Made by a program: the position numbers and the translations under genes. A model generated the notes under the pieces. The model did not search any database and was not told the origin of the DNA. It saw nothing but the letters and a program-made list of their open reading frames with translations. Positions 30,088-40,218 of a DNA stretch of 64,000 nt are shown here, piece by piece. The DNA is from Candidatus Eiseniibacteriota bacterium. GTDB lineage: Bacteria > Eisenbacteria > RBG-16-71-46. How positions within the stretch are numbered: position 1 is the first letter of the stretch; the number at the start of each line of letters is the position of its first letter. The stretch spans positions 1-64,000 of the forward strand of contig JBGAML010000003.1 of assembly GCA_044223005.1 (NCBI GenBank). Direction: 5' to 3'.

Positions 30088-30113
30088 GTGTCATGCCGTG
30101 AGTCGTTCGATGC

Positions 30114-32171
30114 TCAGTCGTCCGAGTCGAGCCACTTCTTCCAGGCCTGCTCGTTGAACGGGCGGCCGAGGAAGTCGGCGACCAACTGCGCGGCCGGCTT
30201 GCTGCCGCCGGGCGCCAGCACCGTCTCGCGGTAGCGCTTGGCGACGCCCGGCGCGAGCAGGTGGTCCTTGTCGAACTGCGAGAACATGTCCTTCGCGATC
30301 ACGAGCGACCACATGTACGTGTAGTAGACGGCCGAGTAGCCGTTCAGGTGGCCGAACGCGCACTGGAAGTGCGTGCCGTCGACGAACGGGAACGGCTGGT
30401 ACTTCTTCACGAGGCTCGACATCAGGTCGGTCGAGCTGATCGCCGCGGGATCGCCGTCGTAGCAGCCGAGCGAGGTGCCGGCGTAGACCATCTGGCGGCG
30501 GACGTCGAGGCCCTTGCCGAAGTCGTTCGCGCGGTTCATGCGCTTCACGAGGTCGGCCGGGATCGCCTCGCCGGTCTGGTAGTGCTTCGCGAACGTCGCG
30601 AGCACCTCGGGGCTGCGCATCCACTCCTCGAGCATCTGCGACGGCGCCTCGACGAAGTCCTGCTCAGTCGTGATGCCCGCGATGCCGGCCCAGCGGCCGT
30701 GGCTCGCGAACATGTTGTGCAGCAGGTGGCCGAACTCGTGGAAGAACGTGTCGACGTCGTCGACGTCGCACAGGCCCGGGTCGCCGGGTTTTCCGCCGGG
30801 CAGGTTGCAGACCAGGGCGGCTTCGGGAATCTGCCGGCCCTCGAGGCCGGAGCGGATGTCGAACTGCGCGGCGTGGTTGTACTTGTTCGCGCGCGGGTGC
30901 ATGTCGAGGTAGAAGCGGCCGGCGAGCTTGCCGTTGTCCCACAGCTCGTAGCACTCGACGGACGGATCCCACACCGGCACGCCGGTGATGCGCTTGAACT
31001 GCACGTCGAACAGCCGGCTCGCGATGTCGAGCACGCCGGCCTTCACGCGGTCGTAGGGCAGGTACGGGCGGATGCTCTGCGAATCGAAGTCGTACGCGGC
31101 CTTGCGCAGCTGCTCGCGCGCGTACTGCGACTGCCAGAACTCCACCGCGGTCGCGCCCGGCGTGATCTTCTGCTGCTGCGCGAGCAGCTGCTGGTACTCG
31201 CGGGCCTGGCGATCGTTGGACGCGGCGACGACGCGGTCGACGAAGTCGTGCGCGTTCTTCGCGCTGCCCACCATCTTGTCGGCCGTGACGAGGTCGGCGA
31301 AGTTGGTGAAGCCGAGCAGTTGCGCCAGCTCGTAGCGGCGGGCGCGCATGCGGTCGAGCACGCCGATGTTCGCCGGGTACGCGCGGTTGTTGTACGCCAG
31401 GTACAGGCGGTGGCGCAGGTCGTCGTTCTTCGCGTACTGCATCACCGGGATGTAGTCCGGATACTCGATCGTGAGCGTGATCTTGCCGTCGGCGCCGGGC
31501 TTGTGCGCGTCGATGAAGTCCTGCGGCAGGCCCTCGAGCTCGGCCACCGTGCAGGTCACGGTCGACTTGTCCTCGCGGATGTTGCGCCCGAACGCCTGGC
31601 CGATCACGACCAGCGAATCGTTGAGGTCGCGGATCTTCGCGCGCGTCGCGTCGTCCTTGTCGACGCCGGCGAGCCGGAAGTCGCGCAGCAGGCGCTGTAC
31701 GTAGTACTTCGTGGCCGCGTCGGCGTTGGACACGTCGATCGCGGCGACCGCGTCGTAGATCTGGCGGTTGAGCTGCAACTCGGTCGCATAGGCCGACACC
31801 ATCTGGCCGGCCTTCTCGGCGACTTCGCGCGTCGCCTTGTCCGGGTGCACGTTCTCGATCAGGCCCGACTGCGAACCTGCCATCCCGATCAGGCGCGTGG
31901 CCTCGTCGAGCGGCACGAGCGTGTTCTCGACCGTACGCGGGCCCTTCACCGCGAGCAGCTTCGCGATCTGGGCCTTGGCGCGCGCGAGCCGCTGCACCTG
32001 CACGGCGTTGAACGCAGCACCGGCCGGCTTGCCGGTGTAGAAGGGAGCGTTGTCGCCGGCGGCGGCCGCGCTGCGGGCGTGCACGCCCGAGGCGGCGGGC
32101 GCGGCCAGCGCGGGGAGGACGAGGACGAGCGCGGCGGCAGCCGCGAGCGGGAACGAGCGCAGGAACTTCAC
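30114..32171 (-). CDS. M3 family zinc oligopeptidase (thimet-like) with signal peptide
   Basis: FYLDMHPR..K, FFHEFGHLLH, DFVEAPSQMLEEW, YYTYMWS; GTG start after GGAGG. Confidence 0.92.
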   Translation of the reverse strand: MKFLRSFPLAAAAALVLVLPALAAPAASGVHARSAAAAGDNAPFYTGKPAGAAFNAVQVQRLARAKAQIAKLLAVKGPRTVENTLVPLDEATRLIGMAGSQSGLIENVHPDKATREVAEKAGQMVSAYATELQLNRQIYDAVAAIDVSNADAATKYYVQRLLRDFRLAGVDKDDATRAKIRDLNDSLVVIGQAFGRNIREDKSTVTCTVAELEGLPQDFIDAHKPGADGKITLTIEYPDYIPVMQYAKNDDLRHRLYLAYNNRAYPANIGVLDRMRARRYELAQLLGFTNFADLVTADKMVGSAKNAHDFVDRVVAASNDRQAREYQQLLAQQQKITPGATAVEFWQSQYAREQLRKAAYDFDSQSIRPYLPYDRVKAGVLDIASRLFDVQFKRITGVPVWDPSVECYELWDNGKLAGRFYLDMHPRANKYNHAAQFDIRSGLEGRQIPEAALVCNLPGGKPGDPGLCDVDDVDTFFHEFGHLLHNMFASHGRWAGIAGITTEQDFVEAPSQMLEEWMRSPEVLATFAKHYQTGEAIPADLVKRMNRANDFGKGLDVRRQMVYAGTSLGCYDGDPAAISSTDLMSSLVKKYQPFPFVDGTHFQCAFGHLNGYSAVYYTYMWSLVIAKDMFSQFDKDHLLAPGVAKRYRETVLAPGGSKPAAQLVADFLGRPFNEQAWKKWLDSDD

Positions 32172-32433
32172 ATGACCTCCGGAAAGTGTCCGCCTCGGCG
32201 CCGCCGCGACGCACACGGAATCTCCGGAGCGGCGGGCGCATCCTGATCGAGGCTGCGGGCGAAGCCTAGCCGACGCCCGCGAACGCGACCAACCGGGCGG
32301 GCCGGAGGCTTGCCGGGCGTGGGGAAACTGGCGACGGATGCGGTACGCCGGCCGTTCGCGGCGCGCCCGTTCGCGAACGGGCATGCCGAGGGCGCCGCGG
32401 AAGGAGTCCGCGGCGCCCTGGATTTCCAAGCGA

Positions 32434-33321
32434 TCAGCGGTACGTGGACTTCAGCTGGCCCCACGTCGACGTGTGGACGGGAACGGCGGCCGGAGGGGTG
32501 AAGACCCACACCGAGCCCTGCCCCATGGCGTTCCCGATCGCGGTCACGTAGATCCGGCCGTCCGGGTCGGTCGCGATGCCGGTGATGAGGCCCGTGCTCC
32601 CGTCGTCGTTGATCCAGAGCGCACTGCTGTTGGCCGGCCACGCGGGGGAGTCGAGAGCCCGAGTCCAGGGGCCCGTCAGCAACTGCGTCGCCGTGGTGCC
32701 CATGCCCATGCGCAGGAGCGTGCTGGCCACGAACGTCGAACCGCCGGCTTCCGCACGGAAGACCGCCGCCCCCATGCGGACGAACACGGTGCCGTCGGGT
32801 GCGAACGAGAGGCCGTCCGGCAGGTTGGTGAGCATCGGCGAGCTCAACGACCGCCAGTTCTGCCACGTCTGCGTGGCGCTGTCGTAACGCTGGATCATGG
32901 GGCCGTACGCGCCGTAGAGAGCGCCGTCGGGTCCGATCGCGAGCGCGTTGACGCCGTGCGGCAGCAGGCCGAGCAGCTGCCCGGTTTCCGAGTAGCGACC
33001 GAGATCGCTTCCGGCCTGCAGGTAGAGCTCTCGCGCGACGGGATCGAATGCGAGCACGTCCGACGCGAGCCCGCCCGACGTCACCAGCGATCGAGTGCCC
33101 GAGAGCGTGATGCGGTAGAGGTCGACGCCCGAGCCGGTGTGATCCAGCACGAACGCATCGTGCGAAACGGGATCGACGGCAATCTCGCCCATCGGGGTCA
33201 CGAGCCCGGAGGCGAGTTGCTGCGCGGTCCAGCCGGGCGCGACCGGAGTCGGGGCGGCGGGAGCGAGGTGGGGGGTCGCGACGAGCGCCGTCAACGCGGC
33301 GAGAACGAACAGATGACGCAT
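32434..33321 (-). CDS. Secreted beta-propeller-like protein with C-terminal TWGQLKSTYR motif
   Basis: Signal peptide; repeats IAVDP, LAFDP, LAIGPDG, LSFAPDG, IATDPDG. Confidence 0.75.
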   Translation of the reverse strand: MRHLFVLAALTALVATPHLAPAAPTPVAPGWTAQQLASGLVTPMGEIAVDPVSHDAFVLDHTGSGVDLYRITLSGTRSLVTSGGLASDVLAFDPVARELYLQAGSDLGRYSETGQLLGLLPHGVNALAIGPDGALYGAYGPMIQRYDSATQTWQNWRSLSSPMLTNLPDGLSFAPDGTVFVRMGAAVFRAEAGGSTFVASTLLRMGMGTTATQLLTGPWTRALDSPAWPANSSALWINDDGSTGLITGIATDPDGRIYVTAIGNAMGQGSVWVFTPPAAVPVHTSTWGQLKSTYR

Positions 33322-33531
33322 GAATCGTCTCCACCCGGTCGGGATGGAGTCGCGCGCTCGGGGGCGCGTCGCGACGTGGGGCAGGTGCCCGCAGGTTCAT
33401 CGCCGACGCTCGCATGCACAGAGATCCGGCGACATGCAAACCCTAGGCCTCCCCGCGAGCCGGGGTCAATGCGGAACAGGCTTCGGCGTGCAACTCGATG
33501 AAACCTCGTACACTCGGCCGGCATCCATCGC

Positions 33532-33671
33532 GTAGTGCTCGGAAGATTGCGGGTGGCGGCCACAGCCGGCCATGCGCCGCAGGCACTTGCGGCCCTCGCC
33601 ACTCGCGATCGCGGTAACGCGTTGTTGTTCAATCGCTTGGCGCATGGCGTCCGCATCTATCCGAGCACGCC
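33532..33671. mobile_element. Putative MITE related to the IS at 55137-56353
   Basis: 33532-33555 matches the IS left IR at 23/24 nt; 33651-33668 is an imperfect inverted copy; internal IR gccatgcgcc/ggcgcatggc. Confidence 0.72.
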
Positions 33672-33701
33672 CCACGGATCGAACGACGGCGGAGGTCTGG
33701 A

Positions 33702-34412
33702 ATGACGGCGGGAAACCAGAAGGTGGCGGTGGTGACGGGTGGCAATCGCGGCATCGGCCGCGGGATCGTCGAGGCGCTCGCGGCGGACGGGTACGCGGTG
33801 GCGTTGACGGCGCGCGACGCGGCCGCGGCGGCGGAGGCCGCGACGGCGGTCGGGCGCGGGGCGCGCGGCTACGCGTGCGACGTGCGCGAGCCGGAATCGG
33901 TGGCGGCGCTGTTCGCCGCGGTGGATCGCGACCTGGGCGGCGTCGACGTGCTGGTCAACAACGCCGGCATCGGCATCTTCGCGCCGATCGCCGAGATGTC
34001 GATCGCGGACTGGAACGCGCTGATCGCGACCAACGTGAACGGCGTCTTCTACTGCACGCGCGAGGCGCTGCCGCGCATGAAGCGCCGCGGCGGCGGGTAC
34101 GTGTTCAACGTGTCGTCGCTCGCGGGCCGCAACGCGTTCCCCGGCGCGGGCGCGTACTGCGCGAGCAAGCACGCCGTGAACGGGTTCAGCGAGGTGCTGT
34201 TCCAGGAAGTGCGCGAGGACGGGATCCGCGTCACGTACCTCATGCCCGGAAGCGTCGCGACCGACTTCGGCCGCGGCACGGCGGCCAAGCAGGACTGGGC
34301 GCTGCAGCCCTCCGACGTGGGCGAGATGGTCGTCGACCTGCTGCACACCTCGCCGCGCGCGCTCCACAGCCGCGTCGAGATGCGGCCGGCGCGTCCGCAG
34401 AAGCGAGCCTAG
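33702..34412 (+). CDS. Short-chain dehydrogenase/reductase
   Basis: TGGNRGIG, NNAG, YCASK. Confidence 0.92.
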   Translation: MTAGNQKVAVVTGGNRGIGRGIVEALAADGYAVALTARDAAAAAEAATAVGRGARGYACDVREPESVAALFAAVDRDLGGVDVLVNNAGIGIFAPIAEMSIADWNALIATNVNGVFYCTREALPRMKRRGGGYVFNVSSLAGRNAFPGAGAYCASKHAVNGFSEVLFQEVREDGIRVTYLMPGSVATDFGRGTAAKQDWALQPSDVGEMVVDLLHTSPRALHSRVEMRPARPQKRA

Positions 34413-34876
34413 GCTCCGTCCATCTCGTCCGGGCCGATGCGCCGCCGGAGCGTGCCGCTCCGGCGGTCGTCGGCCAGGTCCAACTCCACCAGCGTTCCCG
34501 GCGAGAAGTCCTCGGGCGCGCCGGTGAGGCGCTGGGTGAGCCGCGCGACGAGCGGCAGGTGCGATACCACGAGCACCGGCCCGTGGCGCAGGCCGTGCGC
34601 TTCGAGCGCTTCGAGCGCGGCGAGTGGATCGTGATCGGGCGTCAGGTCGTGTACGAGTTCGAGCGGCGCGTCGCAGGCGAGCTCTTCCAGCAGCAGTCGC
34701 GCGGTGTCGCGCGCGCGCCGGTAGGGTGAGCTGTACGCGATGGTGGGCGCCCAGCCCTCGCGGGCCAGCTGCCGCCCGAGCGCGCGCACGTACGCCTCGC
34801 CCTCGGGCAACAGCGTGGCGTCGGGGCCCTGGCCGCTCGCGCGGCCATGGCGCAGCAGGGCGAATCGTAGCGACAT
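34409..34876 (-). CDS. SixA-like histidine phosphatase
   Basis: LLRHGRA, SSPYRRARDTA, LVVSHLP. Confidence 0.85.
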   Translation of the reverse strand: MSLRFALLRHGRASGQGPDATLLPEGEAYVRALGRQLAREGWAPTIAYSSPYRRARDTARLLLEELACDAPLELVHDLTPDHDPLAALEALEAHGLRHGPVLVVSHLPLVARLTQRLTGAPEDFSPGTLVELDLADDRRSGTLRRRIGPDEMDGA

Positions 34877-34963
34877 GCGGTGCACTATGCGGGAGAGGGC
34901 GGCCCGAGGCCAATGCGATGCAAATTCGACGAGGCGAGCCGACCCGCGGGGTAAAATGATGTG

Positions 34964-35806
34964 ATGTGGACCCGCCGCCGCTTCCTGCGTTGGAGCACGA
35001 CCGCCGCCGTTTCGGGCGCCGTCGCGGCGTGGTATGCATGGCAGGTCGAGCCGCACTGGCTCGAGCTGACACATCGCGACCTGCCGATTGCGGGACTTCC
35101 GAAGGCGCTACAGGGCCGCACGCTCGCTCACGTCAGCGATCTGCACGTCGGGCCACGCGTCCAGCCCGCTTACCTGGCCGCGACGTTCGATCTCCTTCGC
35201 GGCCTCGCACCCGACGTGGTCGCCTACACGGGCGACTTCATCACGTTGCGGCCCGACCTTCCGCGACCCCAGCTGCCCGGACCCTACGCTCACCTGCCGC
35301 TCGGACGCCTCGCGACACTTGCCGTGCTGGGGAACCACGACTATGGCCATCGTTGGACGAATGGCCGGGTCGCCGCCCGCGTCGAGGCGATCCTGCGCGA
35401 CGGGGGCGCCACGGTGCTGCGGAACGCGATCGCGGACGTTCACGGGCTCCAGGTGGTCGGACTCGACGAGTTCTGGTCGGGGCGATTCGATCTCGGAACC
35501 GCCGTCTCCGCGCTGCGTGACGACGCGCCGATGCTCACGCTCTGTCACAACCCGGATGCCGTCGATGCGCCGGGATGGGATCGCATTCGCGGCTGGATCC
35601 TGGCCGGGCACACGCACGGCGGGCAGGTGAAGCTCCCGTTCCTGCCGCCCTTCTTCCTGCCCGTGGTGAACCGCCGCTACGTGGCGGGCGAGGTCGCCCT
35701 GAGCGGCGGCCGGAGGCTCTACATCTCACGTGGCGTCGGGCATTCGCACCAGGTCCGTTTCGGGGTTCGGCCGGAACTGGCGATGTTCACGCTCGTGCGC
35801 GCCTGA
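34964..35806 (+). CDS. Metallophosphoesterase (YkuE/YaeI-like) with Tat-like signal
   Basis: TRRRFL; SDLH, TGDF, GNHD, CHNPD, GHTHGGQ. Confidence 0.9.
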   Translation: MWTRRRFLRWSTTAAVSGAVAAWYAWQVEPHWLELTHRDLPIAGLPKALQGRTLAHVSDLHVGPRVQPAYLAATFDLLRGLAPDVVAYTGDFITLRPDLPRPQLPGPYAHLPLGRLATLAVLGNHDYGHRWTNGRVAARVEAILRDGGATVLRNAIADVHGLQVVGLDEFWSGRFDLGTAVSALRDDAPMLTLCHNPDAVDAPGWDRIRGWILAGHTHGGQVKLPFLPPFFLPVVNRRYVAGEVALSGGRRLYISRGVGHSHQVRFGVRPELAMFTLVRA

Positions 35807-35838
35807 GGCCGGTTCCGGCTGCGCGGGCCAAGCCGCAT

Positions 35839-35867
35839 TTGCGCCCCCTCCGGGCGCCCGATAGCAT
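35839..35867 (+). promoter_or_regulatory. Sigma70-type promoter candidate for metH
   Basis: TTGCGC-N17-TAGCAT. Confidence 0.4.
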
Positions 35868-35924
35868 TCCCACCCCGTCCCGCCGCGCCCCGCGCGGCCC
35901 TCTCCCGACCCGGAGCCTGCATTC

Positions 35925-38900
35925 ATGAGCCTCTTCCTCGACACCCTGCGCGAGCGCGTCCTGTTCTTCGACGGGGGCATGGGGACGCAGGTGCAGGCGC
36001 GCGAGCTGGGGCCCGACGACTTCGGCGGCAAGCGCTGGGACGGCTGCATCGACTACCTGAGCCTCACGCGGCCGGACGTCGTCGAATCGATCCACGCGGC
36101 CTACTTCGACGCGGGCGCGGACATCGTCGAGACGAACTCGTTCCAGGCGTCACGCACGCGCCTCGAGGAATGGGACCTCGGCGAGCGCACGGTCGAGCTG
36201 AACCGCGCCGCGGCCTCGGCCGCGCGCCGCGTCGCCGATCGCTACGCCGCCGACGGCCGGCCGCGCTTCGTCGCGGGCTCGATGGGGCCGTCGGGATTCC
36301 TGCCGTCTTCGGAGGACCCGGACCTCGGCCGCCTCGGCCTCGTCGACCTCGTCGCGGCGTTCGTGCCGCAGGCGCAGGGGCTGATCGAAGGCGGCGCCGA
36401 CGTCCTGCTCCTCGAGACGTGCCAGGACATCCTCGAGATGAAGGCGCAGATCCTCGCGGCGCGCGACGCGATGGCGATCACCGGCCGGCGCGTGCCGATC
36501 CAGTGTTCGATCACGCTCGATCCGACGGGCCGCATGCTGCTGGGCACCGACTACCGCGGCGCGCTCGCGACGCTCGAGGCGATGGCGGTCGACGTGATCG
36601 GCCTCAACTGCTCGACCGGCCCCGACCTGATGCGCGACGCGGTGCGCTTCCTGTGTGAGAACGCGTCGACGCCGATCCACTGCATCCCCAACGCCGGCCT
36701 GCCCATCAACGACGGTGGCCGCACGCTCTACCCGATGCGCCCGGATCCGTTCGCCGACACGCTGCGCGAGTTCGTGCTCGACCTGGGTGTGAACGCGGTC
36801 GGCGGCTGCTGCGGTACGACGCCGGACCACATCCGTGCGCTGGTGAAGGCCGTGGGCCGCGTGGCGCCCAAGGTGCGCCCGGGCCGCGGACCGTGGTGCG
36901 TGTCTTCGGGCATGACGGCGGCGGCGCTCAAGCAGGAGCCTGCACCGATGCTGATCGGCGAGCGGCTCAACACGCAGGGCTCGCGCAAGATCAAGCGCGT
37001 CGCGCTCGAGGGCCGGCTCGAGGACATGATTCCCGTGGCGCGCGAGCAGGTCGAAGGCGGGGCGCACGTGCTCGACGTCTGCATGGCGCTCACCGAGCGC
37101 ACGGACGAGCGCGAGATGATGCAGGCGCTGGTGAAGAAGCTCTCGCTCAGCGTCGAGGCGCCGCTCTGCATCGACTCCACGGAGCCGGCGGTGATCGAGG
37201 CCGCGCTGCAGGCCTGCCCGGGTTCGGCGATCGTGAACTCGATCAACCTCGAGAACGGCCGCGAGCGGATCGACGCGGTCATGCCGCTGGTCATGCGCTA
37301 CGGCGCCGCGGTGATCGCGCTCACGATCGACGAGCAGGGCATGGCCAAGACGGCCGAGCGCAAGCTCGAGGTCGCGCGGCGCATCCACGACATCTGCACG
37401 CGCGAGTTCGGCCTGCCGCCCGAGCGGCTCATCTTCGACGACCTCACGTTCACGCTCGCCACGGGCGACGACGAGTTCGCGCGGAGCGCGGTCGAGACGA
37501 TCGAGGGCATCCGCGCGATCAAGCGCGAGCTGCCGGGCGTGCTCACGTCGCTCGGCGTCTCCAACGTCTCGTTCGGCCTGGGCAAGGAGGCGCGCGCGGT
37601 CCTCAACAGCGTGTTCCTCTACCACGGCGTGCAGGCGGGCCTCGACGCGGCGATCGTGAACCCGGCCGACGTGATCCCGTACGCCGAGCTGTCCGAGGAG
37701 GACCGCCGGCTCGCCGAGGACCTGGTCTTCGCGCGCGACCCGGAAGCGCTCGCGCACCTGATCGCGCACTTCGAGGGCCGCGCGCCCGACGCGCGCGCCA
37801 AGGCGGACGACGCGGCCGAGGCGGCCATGTCGGTCGAGCAGCGCATCCACTTCCAGATCCTCCACCGCAAGCCCGCCGGGATCGAGACGCTGGTCGACGA
37901 AGCCGTGAAGCGCCAGCCGGCCGTGCAGGTGCTCAACGAGGTGCTGCTGCCGGCCATGAAGGAGGTCGGCGACAAGTTCGGCGCCGGCGAACTGATCCTG
38001 CCGTTCGTGCTGCAGAGCGCCGAGGTGATGAAGAAAGCCGTGGCGCAGCTCGAGGGCTACCTCGAGCGCAAGTCCGACGCGAGCAAGGGTCGCGTCGTGC
38101 TGGCGACCGTGTTCGGCGACGTGCACGACATCGGCAAGAACCTCGTGAAGACGATTCTCGGCAACAACGGCTACACCGTCTACGATCTCGGCAAGCAGGT
38201 CCCGGTGCAGAAGATCCTCGACGAGGCGAAGCGCGTGGACGCGACGGCGATCGGGCTGTCGGCGCTGCTCGTCTCGACGAGCAAGCAGATGCCGATCGCG
38301 GTCGCCGAGCTGCACCGCGCCGGATTGAACATCCCCGTGCTGATCGGCGGCGCCGCGATCAACCGCAACTTCGGCCGCCGCGCCGCGCTGGTCGATGGCG
38401 AGGTCTTCTACGCGCCCGGCGTCTTCTACTGCAAGGACGCGTTCGAGGGTCTCGACACGGTCAATGCGCTCGTCGATCCCACGGAGGCCGCGAAGCTGGT
38501 CGAGAAGACGAAGCACGAGGCGTTCGAGTTCAAGACGCGCGCCGCCGAGCTCGAACAGCGCTCCGCCGCCGCGAGCGCGCAGCAGCAGGACTTCCGCGTG
38601 AACGTCTCGCGCGACGTCACGATTCCGGCGCCACCCTTCTGGGGTGCGCGCGTCACGCCCACGCGCGAGGTGTCGTTCGAAGGCGTCTGGGCGGGCATGG
38701 ACCTCAAGACGCTCTATCGCCTGCACTGGGGCGCGCGCGGCAGCGGCGCCGAGCTCGACGCGCTGATCCGCGACGACTTCGAACCGCGGCGGTTGAAGCT
38801 CCAGCGCGAGGCCGAGGAGAAGGGCTGGCTGCGCCCGACCGCGGTCTACGGCTACTTCCCGTGCCAGGCCGAGGGCCAGGATCTCGTGATCCTCGACCCG

Positions 38901-39413
38901 GGCGCGTTCGCGCCGGGTTCGCTCGTGCTGCGCGGCAAGGCCGAAGAGGTCGCGCGCTTCACGTTCCCGCGCCAGGCCGATCGCGAGGGGCTCTGCCTGT
39001 CCGACTACTTCGCGCCCGCCGAGTCCTCGAAGGTGGACGTGGTCGCGTTCCAGGTCGTGACCGTGGGGCACAACGCCGACGAGCTGTGCGCGGCGCTCAA
39101 CGCCCGCGGCGAATACGCCGACGCGCTCTTCCTGCACGGCCTCGCGGTGAGCGCGGCCGAAGGCCTCGCCGAGTGGCACCACGGCAAGCTGCGGCGCGAG
39201 CTGGGGCTCGAGGCCGATCGCGGCAAGCGCTACTCGTTCGGCTACAGCGCCTGCCCGGATCTCGCCGACCAGGCCAAGCTGTTCGCGCTCCTCAAACCCG
39301 AGGAGTCGATCGGCGTCACGCTCACGAGCGCCTACCAGCTCGTGCCCGAGGCCTCGACCAGCGCGATCGTGGTACACCATCCGCAGGCGGCCTACTACCT
39401 CGTGCGGGAATGA
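35925..39413 (+). CDS. metH: Cobalamin-dependent methionine synthase
   Basis: DGGMGT, GLNCSTGP, GGCCGTTP, IGERLN, DVHDIGKN, RYSFGYSACP. Confidence 0.96.
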   Translation: MSLFLDTLRERVLFFDGGMGTQVQARELGPDDFGGKRWDGCIDYLSLTRPDVVESIHAAYFDAGADIVETNSFQASRTRLEEWDLGERTVELNRAAASAARRVADRYAADGRPRFVAGSMGPSGFLPSSEDPDLGRLGLVDLVAAFVPQAQGLIEGGADVLLLETCQDILEMKAQILAARDAMAITGRRVPIQCSITLDPTGRMLLGTDYRGALATLEAMAVDVIGLNCSTGPDLMRDAVRFLCENASTPIHCIPNAGLPINDGGRTLYPMRPDPFADTLREFVLDLGVNAVGGCCGTTPDHIRALVKAVGRVAPKVRPGRGPWCVSSGMTAAALKQEPAPMLIGERLNTQGSRKIKRVALEGRLEDMIPVAREQVEGGAHVLDVCMALTERTDEREMMQALVKKLSLSVEAPLCIDSTEPAVIEAALQACPGSAIVNSINLENGRERIDAVMPLVMRYGAAVIALTIDEQGMAKTAERKLEVARRIHDICTREFGLPPERLIFDDLTFTLATGDDEFARSAVETIEGIRAIKRELPGVLTSLGVSNVSFGLGKEARAVLNSVFLYHGVQAGLDAAIVNPADVIPYAELSEEDRRLAEDLVFARDPEALAHLIAHFEGRAPDARAKADDAAEAAMSVEQRIHFQILHRKPAGIETLVDEAVKRQPAVQVLNEVLLPAMKEVGDKFGAGELILPFVLQSAEVMKKAVAQLEGYLERKSDASKGRVVLATVFGDVHDIGKNLVKTILGNNGYTVYDLGKQVPVQKILDEAKRVDATAIGLSALLVSTSKQMPIAVAELHRAGLNIPVLIGGAAINRNFGRRAALVDGEVFYAPGVFYCKDAFEGLDTVNALVDPTEAAKLVEKTKHEAFEFKTRAAELEQRSAAASAQQQDFRVNVSRDVTIPAPPFWGARVTPTREVSFEGVWAGMDLKTLYRLHWGARGSGAELDALIRDDFEPRRLKLQREAEEKGWLRPTAVYGYFPCQAEGQDLVILDPGAFAPGSLVLRGKAEEVARFTFPRQADREGLCLSDYFAPAESSKVDVVAFQVVTVGHNADELCAALNARGEYADALFLHGLAVSAAEGLAEWHHGKLRRELGLEADRGKRYSFGYSACPDLADQAKLFALLKPEESIGVTLTSAYQLVPEASTSAIVVHHPQAAYYLVRE

Positions 39414-39470
39414 TCCGGCGGGGCTTCCGGGCCGTTGACTCGCCCGGCGGGGACGTGTAAGGAATCTCCC

Positions 39471-40076
39471 ATGCAGCCAGCGCCCGTCACGCTCGAAGGC
39501 CGGTTCGTCCGGCTCGAGCCGCTCGTCGTCGAGCGGCACTGGGACGGCCTCGTCGCGATCGCGATGGAGCCGTCGCTCTGGCGGCACACCACCGCCAAGA
39601 TCCGCACGCAGGGTGACCTCCAGCGCTACCTCGAGGAAGCACTCGCGGAGCAGGAGCGCGGCCGCGCGATTCCGTTCGTGACGGTGCGCCGCGAGGACGG
39701 CCGCGTGGTCGGGTGCACGCGCTTCGGCAACATCGAGCGCCGGCACCGTCGCGTCGAGATCGGCTGGACGTGGGTGGGCGTGCCCTACCAGCGCACGGCG
39801 GTCAACACCGAGACCAAGTACCTCATGTTCCGCCACGCGTTCGAGGACTGGGGCTTCCGCCGCGTCGAACTGAAGACCGCGTCGACGAACGAGAAGTCCC
39901 AGTCGGCGATGCGCCGCCTCGGGCTGGTCGAGGAGGGCACGATGCGCAAGCACATGCTCAACGACGACGGCGGCTCGCGCGACACGGTCTACTTCAGCGT
40001 CGTCGACGACGAATGGCCGGCGATGAAGGCGCGGCTCGAGGGCATGATCGAGAGGGGCAGCGCGGCCCGGGCCTGA
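39471..40076 (+). CDS. GNAT N-acetyltransferase (RimJ/RimL-like)
   Basis: VEIGWTW..QRTAVNTETKYLMFRHAFE..RRVELKT..EG.MRKH. Confidence 0.9.
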   Translation: MQPAPVTLEGRFVRLEPLVVERHWDGLVAIAMEPSLWRHTTAKIRTQGDLQRYLEEALAEQERGRAIPFVTVRREDGRVVGCTRFGNIERRHRRVEIGWTWVGVPYQRTAVNTETKYLMFRHAFEDWGFRRVELKTASTNEKSQSAMRRLGLVEEGTMRKHMLNDDGGSRDTVYFSVVDDEWPAMKARLEGMIERGSAARA

Positions 40077-40218
40077 ACGGGTGGCGTGCGGGCGGCCCTG
40101 GGCTGCCGCGCCCCGAGCTGCCGGCCACCCCGATTTCCCGCTCGCGGCGCCGCGGCCGGCGGTGCTAGCGTTCCACGTGGCCGCCCGGAGCCGGGCGCGG
40201 CGGCCTTCCGGAGGTTCC

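Noticed and set aside
35807..35924. SAM or cobalamin riboswitch upstream of metH
   Set aside because: Predicted leader is only about 50 nt and lacks the conserved cores
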